Of a DNA stretch of 64,000 bases, positions 27,035 through 37,748 are shown piece after piece. Source of the stretch: Obrimoposthia wandeli (lineage: Eukaryota); contig CDROCS010004715.1 in the NCBI GenBank assembly GCA_977020255.1, forward strand, positions 1 through 64,000, written 5' to 3'. The position numbers and the translations under genes are program-made. Numbering within the stretch: position 1 is the first letter of the stretch; each line of letters begins with the position of its first letter. Under the pieces are notes generated by a model that was not told the origin of the DNA, searched no databases, and worked only from the letters and a program-made list of their open reading frames with translations.

Positions 27035-28987
27035 TTACCATGAGACTTCGCCTTCGTCTTGATGATCACGTTGTTTGTATTGATATAAGAACTTTCGTTT
27101 TAGTAGGCCGCCAGGGTCATCTGGGATGCGGTTGAGCCATTGCTCTAATGCCTGCTTTTCTTCTCGGGATAGTTCGTCTCCTGCTTGAGCTTGCTGAGCT
27201 TCTTTCTCTTCAGCTGATTGATCTTTTTCATCACTCTGTTCAGATTCTTTTTCCTGTTGAGCTTCTTTCTCGCGCTCTTCTTCGGATTTTTTATCTTTCT
27301 CAGCTTGAGACTCATTTTCATCAGATTCTTTTTCTTCACCTTCTTGCTCATCAGACTCACTTTGCTGATCTGATTCTTTTTCTTCAGAATCCTGTTGTTC
27401 AGAGTCACTGTCGTCTGAGCTTTCTTTGTCGGAGTCTTGTTTTTCAGAATCACTCTCGTCAGAATTTTCTTGATCAGACTCTTGCTCATCATCTGACTTT
27501 TCTTGGTCGTCTTTATTCTTTTGTTCTTCTTGCTGCTGTAATAACTGCTCCGCGAGTGATTTATTGAATTCAGCATCAGCCAGTTCGTTGTCCAAAGCGA
27601 GTGATTGCTCATAGGCTTCAATCGCTTTTTCTAATTCGCCTGCTTTAGCTAGGGCATTACCACGATTAAAATGACTTTCGGCTTGCTGTTCATTAGAACT
27701 GGACGGATCAGCCGCAAAGTTTTCGGCGGCCTGCTCATAATCCTCAGCTCGGTAGAAGCTAGAAGCTTTCCAGTTAGGATCTTCAAAAATCTCTGCAGAC
27801 TTTGCAGGGTCTTGTTCAAATGTTTGTTGCGCTTGCTGATCTTTTGTTTGCCAAGCATCGTCCCATAAACCGGCATAACTCGTTTCAGGTTGTAGTGTTA
27901 CCAAGAATACGATGGATAATAACCAGCCACGTCGAAACGATAGGGCGGCAATAATAATGACAATAAAAATAAGCCAATACCCTTGGTCAGCCCATAGGTC
28001 GAATTGCCTTTCTAATCGTTTTTGATCAGAAGAGGCTTGCTGATCTGTGGCGGCATTCGATTGTTCATTATTTGCTGAGTTATTTAGCGCATCATTAGGA
28101 AGGCTGCCAGCAAGTCCATTAATTTTTAATAGGTAGTGCCAATCAGTGTCATCAAAACTCATCTGGTGCCAACGAATGCCTAAGGCTGAAGCCAATTGCT
28201 TAATCGTGCTTAAATCCAGTTTTGGTAAAACAATATTACCCTTGCTATCACGTTTAAATCCTCCTTCCTGCATCGCAATAGGGGCACCTTCTTCAGTCCC
28301 AAGGGTTAATACGGATAGCTGTTGTTTTTTATTGCCTAAAACTTTTTCTATACGGGCAATATCTTTTACTTGGATACCATCCGTGATCAATAGAAATTTA
28401 GCACTTGTTAGACCTGCATCTAGAATAAGTTTGTCTGCTAGTGCAAGTGCTTTATCGGGACGGCTGCCCATAGCGGGCATAATAAAAGGCGTTAGGGCTG
28501 GCACAAGATTAATAATGGTTTCAGCGTCATCGGTTAAGGGAGTGACTGTATAAGCATCCCCAGCGTAAACGACTAATGCGGTAAGGCCTTCATTGCGCTG
28601 CTTTAATATATCGATGACTTTCTGACGAGCTCGGGTCGCTCTATCAGGGCTCACATCTTGGGCAGCCATTGATAATGACATGTCTAAAACAATGACCAGA
28701 GCATCTTCTTTTTTCTGTACGGGCTGAGGAAGCTGCTCCCAAGCTGGGCCTGACAGTGCAATGCTCGTGAATACCCAAGCAAACAAGATAAACCATAATG
28801 GCCAACGGGATTGTTCACTGGGCATCTGATCTAAGACATGAGGCATTAACGATTGATCAATAATGCCATGCCAGCGTGCGGATGCTAATTTACGCTTAAG
28901 CAATAAAACAAAAAGTGCCAGTGCAGGGATTAATGCCAGCAACCATAGCGGGCGTAATAAATGAAATTGTGAAAAAAATAACTCCAT
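27035..28987 (-). CDS. vWA plus TPR domain protein (BatB/BatC-like) with an acidic linker
   Basis: DMSLSM MIDAS, TPLT.D, ITDG; TPR HFNRGNALAKAG; IPDDPGGLLKRKF tail. Confidence 0.9.
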   Translation of the reverse strand: MELFFSQFHLLRPLWLLALIPALALFVLLLKRKLASARWHGIIDQSLMPHVLDQMPSEQSRWPLWFILFAWVFTSIALSGPAWEQLPQPVQKKEDALVIVLDMSLSMAAQDVSPDRATRARQKVIDILKQRNEGLTALVVYAGDAYTVTPLTDDAETIINLVPALTPFIMPAMGSRPDKALALADKLILDAGLTSAKFLLITDGIQVKDIARIEKVLGNKKQQLSVLTLGTEEGAPIAMQEGGFKRDSKGNIVLPKLDLSTIKQLASALGIRWHQMSFDDTDWHYLLKINGLAGSLPNDALNNSANNEQSNAATDQQASSDQKRLERQFDLWADQGYWLIFIVIIIAALSFRRGWLLSIVFLVTLQPETSYAGLWDDAWQTKDQQAQQTFEQDPAKSAEIFEDPNWKASSFYRAEDYEQAAENFAADPSSSNEQQAESHFNRGNALAKAGELEKAIEAYEQSLALDNELADAEFNKSLAEQLLQQQEEQKNKDDQEKSDDEQESDQENSDESDSEKQDSDKESSDDSDSEQQDSEEKESDQQSESDEQEGEEKESDENESQAEKDKKSEEEREKEAQQEKESEQSDEKDQSAEEKEAQQAQAGDELSREEKQALEQWLNRIPDDPGGLLKRKFLYQYKQRDHQDEGEVSW

Positions 28988-30033
28988 TACTGAGACCCTT
29001 TTTGCTTAGTAGTTGCTTTAAGTGCTGATTTAAATGTAAACGTGAGATAGCGAAAGAGCCCAAGAGCTTGCAGTGAAATTATAAAACTAATAATGAGAGC
29101 GATAGCCAGTGGCCAATAATACACATTTATTTGAGGACGAAAGATTTCAGGATCTTTTTCGGTAGGCTCTAGTTGATCAATCATGTCATAGATTTTCTCT
29201 AGCTCTTTACTGTCTCTAGCGCGGAAATAGTGGCCACCGGTGAGATCAGCCATTTTTTGTAAAGTCCCTTCGTCAAGGTCTCGCGAAGGATTGACTTTAC
29301 GTGTACCAAAGAAGCTTGAAACCTCCATAGCATCAGCCCCTAAACCAATAGTATATATTTTCACGTTACTTTGTTGAGCGAGTTCTGCGGCCTTTAATGG
29401 TTCAACTTCGCCAGACGTATTTGCACCATCGGTTAATAAAATAACCACACGGCTTTGTTCTGGATGTGACTGTAAGCGTTTAATCGTCAGGCCAATTGCA
29501 TCACCAATGGCCGTCTTCTTACCGGCTAAACCTATTTGGGCTTCGTTCATTAATGTTTGCACCGTTTGCCAATCAAAGGTGAGTGGAGCTTGTAAATACG
29601 CTTGACTACCAAATAACACTAACCCCAATCGGTCACCCTGACGCTGGCTAACAAAATCATTTAAAACTTTTTTTACGGTAAATAAACGGTTAACGGGACG
29701 GCTCTTCCATCGCATGTCTTCAATATCCATACTGCCTGATATATCAATGGCCAACATTAAATCGCGGCCAGAAGTAGGAAGTTCTACGACTTCGCCAAGA
29801 ATATGGGGACGAGCGAGTGCCGTTAACAATGCAACCCACAGTAGTATCGGTAAGACTAACGATGGCCAGGTTTGTTGTGTTTGTATTTGAGCCGAGTGTG
29901 TAGACGTTTGCCATAACGAAAGATTCGGAACTTTTAACGCCGCTTCTTGTTGCTTTACTTTAGGTAATAGCCAGAAAATAATAAGCGGCAAAGGCAGTAA
30001 ATAAAATGCCCAGAGCCAATGGAAATCAATCAT
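28987..30033 (-). CDS. vWA domain protein (BatA-like)
   Basis: AIDISGSM, DRLGLVLFG, TAIGDAI, LLTDG; TAATG coupling to the next gene. Confidence 0.92.
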   Translation of the reverse strand: MIDFHWLWAFYLLPLPLIIFWLLPKVKQQEAALKVPNLSLWQTSTHSAQIQTQQTWPSLVLPILLWVALLTALARPHILGEVVELPTSGRDLMLAIDISGSMDIEDMRWKSRPVNRLFTVKKVLNDFVSQRQGDRLGLVLFGSQAYLQAPLTFDWQTVQTLMNEAQIGLAGKKTAIGDAIGLTIKRLQSHPEQSRVVILLTDGANTSGEVEPLKAAELAQQSNVKIYTIGLGADAMEVSSFFGTRKVNPSRDLDEGTLQKMADLTGGHYFRARDSKELEKIYDMIDQLEPTEKDPEIFRPQINVYYWPLAIALIISFIISLQALGLFRYLTFTFKSALKATTKQKGSQ

Positions 30034-30565
30034 TTGAATGTCCTATTGAATGTTCGATGGTTACATCTACTTCAACGTGTTTGTTATTTTTAATCCAACT
30101 GTCACAAGCCGCATAAAGTTCATCAACATCGTACTGGCACTTTGCTTGATAAAGGCCCTGGCTTATAGCGCTGGCTAAACCTTCATTAAAAAAGGTTTTC
30201 TCACTATGGCGTATTAAAAAATCAGTCCACGCTAATCCCGATAGGCTGATCGCGGCAGGATATTGCTTAAGGCAGTAGCGTTTTAGTATTTCATTTGATT
30301 GTTGTAAGAATGCTTGAGAGTCTTGGGTGGATTTAAATTGAGAATATTTCAGCGCTAATAAGCTGAGTGCGGCTTTTTTATTCGCATTTTTGATTTTATA
30401 GTGGCGCCAAAAATAGATGCCTGCACCGATTGAAATGATAATCAGCGTTAGCAGAGCCCACCAACCAAATGATATCGGCCAATCACTAATTACATTGGGT
30501 AAATGAATGTCTTTTAGTTGAGAAATATCGGCGGGTGGGGCGGAATTGGTATTAGGTGCATTCAT
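30026..30565 (-). CDS. DUF4381 family protein
   Basis: QLKDIHLP..ISDWP...GWW followed by a TM helix; usual position in moxR operons. Confidence 0.85.
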   Translation of the reverse strand: MNAPNTNSAPPADISQLKDIHLPNVISDWPISFGWWALLTLIIISIGAGIYFWRHYKIKNANKKAALSLLALKYSQFKSTQDSQAFLQQSNEILKRYCLKQYPAAISLSGLAWTDFLIRHSEKTFFNEGLASAISQGLYQAKCQYDVDELYAACDSWIKNNKHVEVDVTIEHSIGHSND

Positions 30566-31548
30566 TATTTATTGCCCTTAGTAGCATCAGCTTTGATCAT
30601 TTTTATCTGACTCAAGCCTAAGCCCTTGCGTAATACCGTAACAATATCATCTTGAGCTTGTAAGCTAATGAGAGGGATACCCAACTTCAACGTCCGTTGC
30701 TTCAGTTCCTGCTGGCGTTGCTCAAAGGCTTGTTGATGTTCTAAACCTTGAGACTTGGAGTAGCATTCAAGTTGTAAGCGTTGCTTACCATCGGTAAGGG
30801 GATAGCTGCCCAAGGGTAAAATATTTTGCTCAAAGGCATCAAAAATATTAATAGCAACAACATCATTATGCTTGCTGATTTGGTGCAGTTGGCGCTCACA
30901 ATCTAAATCAAAGTCCTGCCAATCAGAAATTAGATAAATAGTACTACCAGGGCGCGTAACACGTCGTGTATGACGAAGCATGTCAGCTAAGCGACTTATC
31001 GATGATTCTGTTGTATTAGGATCTTGCTGTTGTTTGAACTGAGATAATTCATGTAAAACATGCATTACTTGTTTACGTCCAGGCTTAGGACGAATGTCTG
31101 TCTCATGATTATCGTCAAACAACAGTGCGCCAATACGATCGCCGTTATTTAAAGCCGACCAAGAGAATAAGCTGCAAATATCGGCGGCTAAAACGGATTT
31201 AAATGCATGCTGGGTACCAAAAAACATACTAGAACGTAAATCGCAGACAGCCATAATGGGGCGTTCACGCTCTTCACGAAACACTTTAATATGCGGCTTT
31301 TGCGTTCGAGCAGTAACCCGCCAATCCATCGCGCGAATATCATCGCCGGGTTGATAGCTGCGCACTTCTGAAAAATCCACCCCTCGACCCCTTAGGTTCG
31401 AGGTATGAATACCTGCCATTTCATTCAGTACTTTCTTTTGCTTATGAATAGGCAAAAGTTTTGCTAGATGACGAATAGCCACTAGATTGTCGGTACTGAT
31501 AAGTGCGCCTTTGGATAAGCCGCCATTACTATCCATTTTTAGAGCCAT
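30565..31548 (-). CDS. DUF58 family protein
   Basis: RGRGVDFSEVRSYQPGDDIRAMDWRVTAR, DLRSSMFFG, ISDW. Confidence 0.92.
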   Translation of the reverse strand: MALKMDSNGGLSKGALISTDNLVAIRHLAKLLPIHKQKKVLNEMAGIHTSNLRGRGVDFSEVRSYQPGDDIRAMDWRVTARTQKPHIKVFREERERPIMAVCDLRSSMFFGTQHAFKSVLAADICSLFSWSALNNGDRIGALLFDDNHETDIRPKPGRKQVMHVLHELSQFKQQQDPNTTESSISRLADMLRHTRRVTRPGSTIYLISDWQDFDLDCERQLHQISKHNDVVAINIFDAFEQNILPLGSYPLTDGKQRLQLECYSKSQGLEHQQAFEQRQQELKQRTLKLGIPLISLQAQDDIVTVLRKGLGLSQIKMIKADATKGNK

Positions 31549-31550
31549 TG

Positions 31551-32546
31551 TTACGCAACCGGAACGCGAGTAATCAGTTCATTGATGACCTTGTTGGTGG
31601 TCATGCCACTGGCTTCAGCTTCAAAACTTAGCAGTATGCGATGGCGTAGCACATCATGGGCAATCGCTTGCACATCATCAGGGCTTACGAAGTCACGGTT
31701 ATTTAGCCATGCATGTGCACGGGCACAGCGCTCTAATGCGATCGTGCCACGAGGGCTCGCGCCATAATCGATCCAGTTCGCCAGATCTTCACCATATTGT
31801 TCTGGGTTACGGGTAGCCATAACCAGTTGTACAATATATTGCTCTACGGATTCACTTAAATGTAAGTTTAATGTTTCTTGGCGAGCGGCAAAAATATCGA
31901 CTTGAGTCATTGTTTCACCGATATGCGGTGCTTGATCCATGGCTTCTCCACGGACTAACCGTAAAATCTTCTTTTCGGCTTCGGCATCGGGGTAGCCAAT
32001 AACAACGTGCATCAAGAAGCGGTCGAGCTGCGCTTCAGGCAATGGGTAGGTGCCTTCTTGCTCAATTGGGTTTTGGGTTGCCATTACTAGAAAAAGTTTT
32101 TCTAGTTTCATGGTATTGCCACCCACAGAAACTTGGCGCTCGGCCATCGCTTCTAATAACGCACTTTGCACTTTAGCGGGGGCGCGGTTAATTTCGTCGG
32201 CTAAAATTAAATTATGAAAAATAGGGCCTTGTTGAAATTTGAAGCTGCCTTCTTCCGGGCGATAGATTTCAGTACCGGTAATGTCACCGGGTAATAAATC
32301 AGGAGTGAACTGAATGCGTTTGAAGTCACCTTCAATATGATCGGCCAAAGCATTAATCGCTTTGGTTTTTGCAAGGCCAGGAGCACCTTCTACTAATAAA
32401 TGGCCATCCGCCAAAAGAGCGATTAATAAGCGATCAACTAGGTGTTGTTGGCCAATGATGTTGGCGCTCAATGCTTGCGATAGTTGTTTGAATCCTTGCT
32501 GCATCTTGCTGCTCACTTTCTTTGCGATGTAATTATTTGATTTCAT
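31551..32546 (-). CDS. moxR: MoxR family AAA+ ATPase
   Basis: EGAPGLAKT, RIQFTPDLLPGD, LADEINRA, ATQNPIEQEGTYPLPEAQLDRF, GASPR. Confidence 0.95.
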   Translation of the reverse strand: MKSNNYIAKKVSSKMQQGFKQLSQALSANIIGQQHLVDRLLIALLADGHLLVEGAPGLAKTKAINALADHIEGDFKRIQFTPDLLPGDITGTEIYRPEEGSFKFQQGPIFHNLILADEINRAPAKVQSALLEAMAERQVSVGGNTMKLEKLFLVMATQNPIEQEGTYPLPEAQLDRFLMHVVIGYPDAEAEKKILRLVRGEAMDQAPHIGETMTQVDIFAARQETLNLHLSESVEQYIVQLVMATRNPEQYGEDLANWIDYGASPRGTIALERCARAHAWLNNRDFVSPDDVQAIAHDVLRHRILLSFEAEASGMTTNKVINELITRVPVA

Positions 32547-32776
32547 ACAAGATTTTATTGAATGAAACGCTCAGGTCAATCCTTGTGAGGCAAGATATGA
32601 GGTAAAAGTTCGTTTCTTCACACTACTTTACAAGGAGTTGAAGCTTGTTTGTTTACTATTTAATCAACGGGTGGATTGAACATTAGGATTTCTGCGATAA
32701 ATCAATCACCAATAGATTTCTTTGGTCTAAGCTAAAAGTAAGGAACCTTGTCGAAAATTCAGTAGGAATAGCTTAA

Positions 32777-35700
32777 ATGAGCAATGCAAAGCCAATGAAT
32801 AAACCGGATTTATCTGCGCTTAATCGATTGATCGATGATCGCAACGATAAAGCCCAGGCACAAAGAATCAAAACGTTTGCTGAACTATATTATGATGCAG
32901 CGCCCGCCGCGGATCTAAATGCTCGTAATCCTGATGACTTATATGGGGCAACGGTTTCTTGCTGGCAGTTTATTCAAGAGAATAATATTTCTAAGCCGAA
33001 AGTGCGAGTATTCAATCCAGACTTTGAAGCTCATGGCTGGCAGTCAACGCATACTGTGATTGAAATTCTCGCAAAAGAAATGCCGTTTTTGATTGATTCG
33101 GTACGCTTGGAATTGAATCGCCGCCTAATGTCTATTCATGCTATTCATTCTTGTGTTGCTCATATAGAACGGGATTCAAAGCATAAGAAAAAGTCCAGTT
33201 CACCCTTTTTTAAAGCGAACGATAAAAGCCAAGCAGAAGCCATTATTTATATCGAAGTCGATCGCCATACTGATAGCGACATGCTTGACGATTTGACGAA
33301 TACTTTGGTTCTTATTTTAAACGAAGTCAGTCATTGCGTTGAAGATTTCTCTGCCTTAAAAGAAAAAGTAGTTTTGGTTTCGGCGGAACTCGGTAAATTA
33401 CCTTGTGATAAACCGAAAAAAGAAATTAAAGAATCTCAGGATTTTTTAGCTTGGTTAGGGAATGAGCATTTTACGTTTTTAGGCTGTGATGAATTTACCG
33501 TCGAAAAGAAAGACGGTAAGACCTTTATTGTTAGAGAAGAAGCTAATGACTTAGGTATCTTTCGTTATCACAAAACAGATACCCAGCGTCGAAAACTAGA
33601 AGAGTTACCCAACGAAATTCAAGCGTTTGCACTGAGTTCTGACATTGTAAACTTCTTTAAATCTGGTGCTCGCAGTCGTGTGCACAGGCCTGCTTATCCA
33701 GATTATGTCGTAGTAAAGCGTTTTAATGAGGCTGGCGAGGTTGTCGGTGGCATTCGTTTTATGGGCTTATATACCTCAATGGTGTATATAGAAACGCCCA
33801 ATAGCATCCCACTCATTCGCCAAAAATTAGAGCAAGTTCGTAAATTAGCAGGGTTCGATGCAGGCAGTCATGGTGGTAAAGAGCTCAATCGTATTCTGGA
33901 AGTTTATCCTCGAGATGAATTGATTCAGTCAACGTCTGAGCAGCTTTATCATACCGCGTTAGGTATTTTGAATATTCAGGAGCGCCGCCAAACTCGAGCA
34001 TTCACTCGTAAGGGTACTTATGGCAAGTTTTTATCTTGTATGGTTTTCACTCCACGAGATATTTATAATACGGAATTGCGTACTAAAATTCAGGGGATTT
34101 TGGAGGAAGCTTGTGATCCAGAATTCGTCGAATTCAATACCTATTTCTCCGAGTCCATTTTAGCAAGAACGCACTTTGTTTTACGCTTAAAAAATAGTGA
34201 AAGTGGTGATGTCGATCATCAAGAGTTAGAACGCAAAATTCAGCAGGTCGCCCGCTCTTGGGGAGATGATTTACACGCTAGTTTAGTCGAGCAGGTCGGT
34301 GAAGAAAAAGGCAATCGCTATCACCAAATGTATCGTGATACTTTTCCTGCGGGTTATCGTGAGGATTTTGGGTCTCGTACCGCGGTTGCAGACATTCAAC
34401 ATATCGAAGACTTGAGTGAAAATCCTGAAAAAGGCATCGCGATGAGCTTTTATCGCGAAATCGAAGAAGGGGATAACCAGCTTCGTTTTAAGCTGTTTAA
34501 TCTTGATAATGTTCTACCGCTTTCCGATATTTTACCCATTTTAGAAAACCTTGGATTACGAGTTATTGGCGAGCATCCTTATGGTCTGCAATTTGAAAAT
34601 GGCAGTAAGGTATGGATTCATAACTTCTTATTGGAATATACCTTGGCTGAGCGCATCGATATGCAAGCGGTTAAGTGTTTATTCCAAGAAGCCTTTAAAA
34701 ATATTTGGCATGGCCATGCTGAAAATGATGCTTTCAATAAACTCGTTTTAGGCTCTGAGCTGGGGTGGCGAGATATTGCGATGTTGCGTGGTTACGCACG
34801 TTATATGAAGCAAATTCGATTCGGCATTAGTGAAGCTTATATCGGAGAAACATTAAGTCGTTATATCTCGGTTAGTCGATTACTTGTAAAAGCCTTTGAG
34901 GTTCGTTTTGGTCTGCATACCGATTGGACCAAAGAACAGCGTGAGTTGGCTTTCAACGCGATAGAGCTAGAAATAACCGATGCACTTGATAACGTAGAGC
35001 AACTCAACGAAGACCGTATCATTCGTCGTTATTTAGAGTTAATAAAAGCAACGTTGCGAACAAATTTTTACCAATGCGATGAGCAGGGTAATCCAAAAGA
35101 TTATGTCGCCTTCAAACTTAATCCTAGTGTTATTAGTGATATGCCGTTACCTAGGCCTATGTTTGAGATATTTGTCTATTCACCTCGTGTCGAAGGGGTG
35201 CATTTACGAGGTGGTAAGGTAGCTCGGGGTGGCTTGCGTTGGTCTGACAGAAATGAAGATTTCCGTACCGAAGTATTAGGCTTGGTTAAAGCACAGCAAG
35301 TTAAAAACGCGGTTATTGTGCCTGTGGGTGCGAAGGGCGGATTTGTCGCTAAAAACCTTAATCAAGACATGAGTCGTGATGAATGGTTAGAAGAAGGTAT
35401 CGCATGCTATAAGATTTTTATCAGCTCATTATTGGATGTTACTGATAACTTATTAGAAGGAAACGTAATTCCACCTGAAGAGGTGGTTCGCCATGATGAC
35501 GATGATGTGTACTTGGTGGTTGCTGCCGATAAAGGGACTGCCACCTTCTCTGATATATCAAACGGTATTGCCGTTGAACGTGGCTTCTGGCTTGGCGATG
35601 CATTCGCTTCTGGCGGCTCGATTGGTTATGACCATAAAAAGATGGGCATTACCGCACGCGGTGCTTGGGTTTCAGTACAGCGTCATTTCCGTGAATTAGG

Positions 35701-37654
35701 ACACAACGTTCAAGAAGAGGATTTCACCGTAGTCGGTGTTGGTGATATGGCGGGGGATGTATTTGGTAATGGCATGTTGTTATCAGAACACATTCAGTTA
35801 ACCGCTGCCTTTAACCATATGCACATTTTTATTGATCCTAATCCCGATTCAGCGTCTAGCTTTATTGAGCGTAAGCGATTATTTGAATTACCTCGATCGA
35901 CTTGGGATGATTATGAAAAATCCTTAATTTCAAAAGGCGGAGCAATTTTCTCTCGTAGCGCTAAGTCGATTAAGATCAGTCCTGAAATGAAAGAACGCTT
36001 TGATATTCAAGCAGATGCACTTACGCCGACGGAGTTGATTAAATCCTTACTCTTGGCGCCAGTCGATTTACTTTGGAATGGTGGCATCGGTACCTACATT
36101 AAAGGCAGTAGTGAAACCCATGCCGATGTCGGTGATAAGGCGACGGACGCTGTTCGAATTAACGGTAATGAGGTTCGAGCCAAAGTGATCGGCGAGGGTG
36201 GGAACTTAGGTATGACTCAGTTAGGTCGTGTTGAGTTTGCCTTAGCGGGTGGTTCATCTTATACCGACTTTATTGATAATGCGGGTGGTGTAGATTGCTC
36301 TGATCATGAAGTGAACATCAAAATCATGCTTAATGAATTAGTCGCTTCTGGTGATATGACGATGAAGCAGCGTAATGCTGTTTTCATGGAAATGACCGAT
36401 GCAGTATCTGATCTAGTATTGACTAACAACTATCGTCAGACGCAAGCCATTGCTTTGGCTCATCGTGAATGCCAAGAACGTTTAGACGAATACGTTAATT
36501 TAATTCATGACTTTGAAGAGTCAGGTAAGCTCAATCGCGCATTAGAGTATTTACCAGACGAAGAAACCATCGCAGAACGTCGTATTAAGGAGCAAGGGTT
36601 AACCAAGCCAGAATTGTCGATATTGATTTCTTATGCCAAGGCTGATTTGAAAGAGCAGTTAAACCTTGAAGAAATTAGCCAGGATCCATATTTGTGTAAA
36701 ATCGTAGAAACGGCTTTCCCGCAAAAGTTGGTCGATGAATTCAATAGCCCCGTAATGAACCATAAATTACGTTCCGAAATTGTGGCTACTCAACTAGCCA
36801 ACGATCTCGTTAACTATATGGGTATTACGTTCGTGAACCGTTTAACCGAATCAACTGGCGCAACCGTTGTGGAAGTTGCGAGAGCGTATGTTGCCGCTAG
36901 AGATGTATTTGGTTTACATGAGTTATGGTCAAAAATCGAAGCCTTGGATTACCTTATTCCTGCCAAAGTACAGGCGGATATGATGAGTCGCTTAATGCGC
37001 TTAGTGCGTCGTGCTAGTCGTTGGTTCTTACGTAACCGTCGTTCGGATATGGATGTCGCGAGTGAAGTAGAATCATTCAAAGCCAGTGCAGACTCCGTGC
37101 GTAATAATCTCTCGCAATGGTTGCAGGGATCTACGCAAGAAACGTGGCAAGGACGATTCGATCAATACTCTGCTCAAGGGGTGTCAGATGAAGTATCGGC
37201 TTTGGCAGCAGGCACAAGTTCATTGTTCTCAGCATTAGGAATTATTGAAGCATCGCATCAAACCAATCGCCCAGTTGAGCGAGTCGCAGAAGCTTATTTC
37301 TGTGTGGGTGAAACCTTGTCATTGAACTGGTTTATGGAGCAAATAAATACTTTGGATGTTAACTCTCATTGGCAAGGTCTTGCGCGTGAAGCCTTCCGTG
37401 ATGATATGGATTGGCAGCTACGTTCATTAACGGTTTCAGTACTTAATAGTGAAGTGAAGCCTGATATGCCAATGGATGAACTAATGGCGACGTGGAAGAC
37501 CGCGCACCCTAACTTAGTAAGCCGTTGGCAGCGTATGTTGGATGCGCTTCGCGCTTCGGATAAGGCAGAATATGCTATGTACTCTGTGGCGCTTCGTGAG
37601 CTACTGGATTTGGCTCAGGCGAGTAAGCATCAAACTACTGATAATTGTAGTTAA
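32777..37654 (+). CDS. gdhB: Large NAD-specific glutamate dehydrogenase
   Basis: 1625 aa; HLRGGKVARGGLRWSDR, VPVGAKGGF, VVAADKGTATFSD, GYDHKKMGITARGAW, EGGNLG. Confidence 0.96.
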   Translation: MSNAKPMNKPDLSALNRLIDDRNDKAQAQRIKTFAELYYDAAPAADLNARNPDDLYGATVSCWQFIQENNISKPKVRVFNPDFEAHGWQSTHTVIEILAKEMPFLIDSVRLELNRRLMSIHAIHSCVAHIERDSKHKKKSSSPFFKANDKSQAEAIIYIEVDRHTDSDMLDDLTNTLVLILNEVSHCVEDFSALKEKVVLVSAELGKLPCDKPKKEIKESQDFLAWLGNEHFTFLGCDEFTVEKKDGKTFIVREEANDLGIFRYHKTDTQRRKLEELPNEIQAFALSSDIVNFFKSGARSRVHRPAYPDYVVVKRFNEAGEVVGGIRFMGLYTSMVYIETPNSIPLIRQKLEQVRKLAGFDAGSHGGKELNRILEVYPRDELIQSTSEQLYHTALGILNIQERRQTRAFTRKGTYGKFLSCMVFTPRDIYNTELRTKIQGILEEACDPEFVEFNTYFSESILARTHFVLRLKNSESGDVDHQELERKIQQVARSWGDDLHASLVEQVGEEKGNRYHQMYRDTFPAGYREDFGSRTAVADIQHIEDLSENPEKGIAMSFYREIEEGDNQLRFKLFNLDNVLPLSDILPILENLGLRVIGEHPYGLQFENGSKVWIHNFLLEYTLAERIDMQAVKCLFQEAFKNIWHGHAENDAFNKLVLGSELGWRDIAMLRGYARYMKQIRFGISEAYIGETLSRYISVSRLLVKAFEVRFGLHTDWTKEQRELAFNAIELEITDALDNVEQLNEDRIIRRYLELIKATLRTNFYQCDEQGNPKDYVAFKLNPSVISDMPLPRPMFEIFVYSPRVEGVHLRGGKVARGGLRWSDRNEDFRTEVLGLVKAQQVKNAVIVPVGAKGGFVAKNLNQDMSRDEWLEEGIACYKIFISSLLDVTDNLLEGNVIPPEEVVRHDDDDVYLVVAADKGTATFSDISNGIAVERGFWLGDAFASGGSIGYDHKKMGITARGAWVSVQRHFRELGHNVQEEDFTVVGVGDMAGDVFGNGMLLSEHIQLTAAFNHMHIFIDPNPDSASSFIERKRLFELPRSTWDDYEKSLISKGGAIFSRSAKSIKISPEMKERFDIQADALTPTELIKSLLLAPVDLLWNGGIGTYIKGSSETHADVGDKATDAVRINGNEVRAKVIGEGGNLGMTQLGRVEFALAGGSSYTDFIDNAGGVDCSDHEVNIKIMLNELVASGDMTMKQRNAVFMEMTDAVSDLVLTNNYRQTQAIALAHRECQERLDEYVNLIHDFEESGKLNRALEYLPDEETIAERRIKEQGLTKPELSILISYAKADLKEQLNLEEISQDPYLCKIVETAFPQKLVDEFNSPVMNHKLRSEIVATQLANDLVNYMGITFVNRLTESTGATVVEVARAYVAARDVFGLHELWSKIEALDYLIPAKVQADMMSRLMRLVRRASRWFLRNRRSDMDVASEVESFKASADSVRNNLSQWLQGSTQETWQGRFDQYSAQGVSDEVSALAAGTSSLFSALGIIEASHQTNRPVERVAEAYFCVGETLSLNWFMEQINTLDVNSHWQGLAREAFRDDMDWQLRSLTVSVLNSEVKPDMPMDELMATWKTAHPNLVSRWQRMLDALRASDKAEYAMYSVALRELLDLAQASKHQTTDNCS

Positions 37655-37677
37655 GAGAGGGTAGTAGGGTTCAGGTG

Positions 37678-37711
37678 GGGCTAGCGTTGCATTGCAGCGT
37701 TAGCCCTTTTT
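37678..37711. terminator. Rho-independent terminator between gdhB and the convergent speD
   Basis: 13-bp stem gggctagcgttgc / gcagcgttagccc (two G-U pairs) plus a T-run. Confidence 0.8.
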
Positions 37712-37748
37712 ATATGAAGAGTTAAATTTATGATTACAAGCTCGTGGA

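Noticed and set aside
27145-27621. Lys-rich 158-aa ORF and opposite-strand 139-aa ORF
   Set aside because: Shadow frames of the low-complexity acidic linker in the vWA-TPR gene.
25342-32546. moxR-DUF58-DUF4381-vWA-vWA/TPR-batD as a novel system
   Set aside because: Well-known, widespread Bat-type MoxR operon in canonical order.
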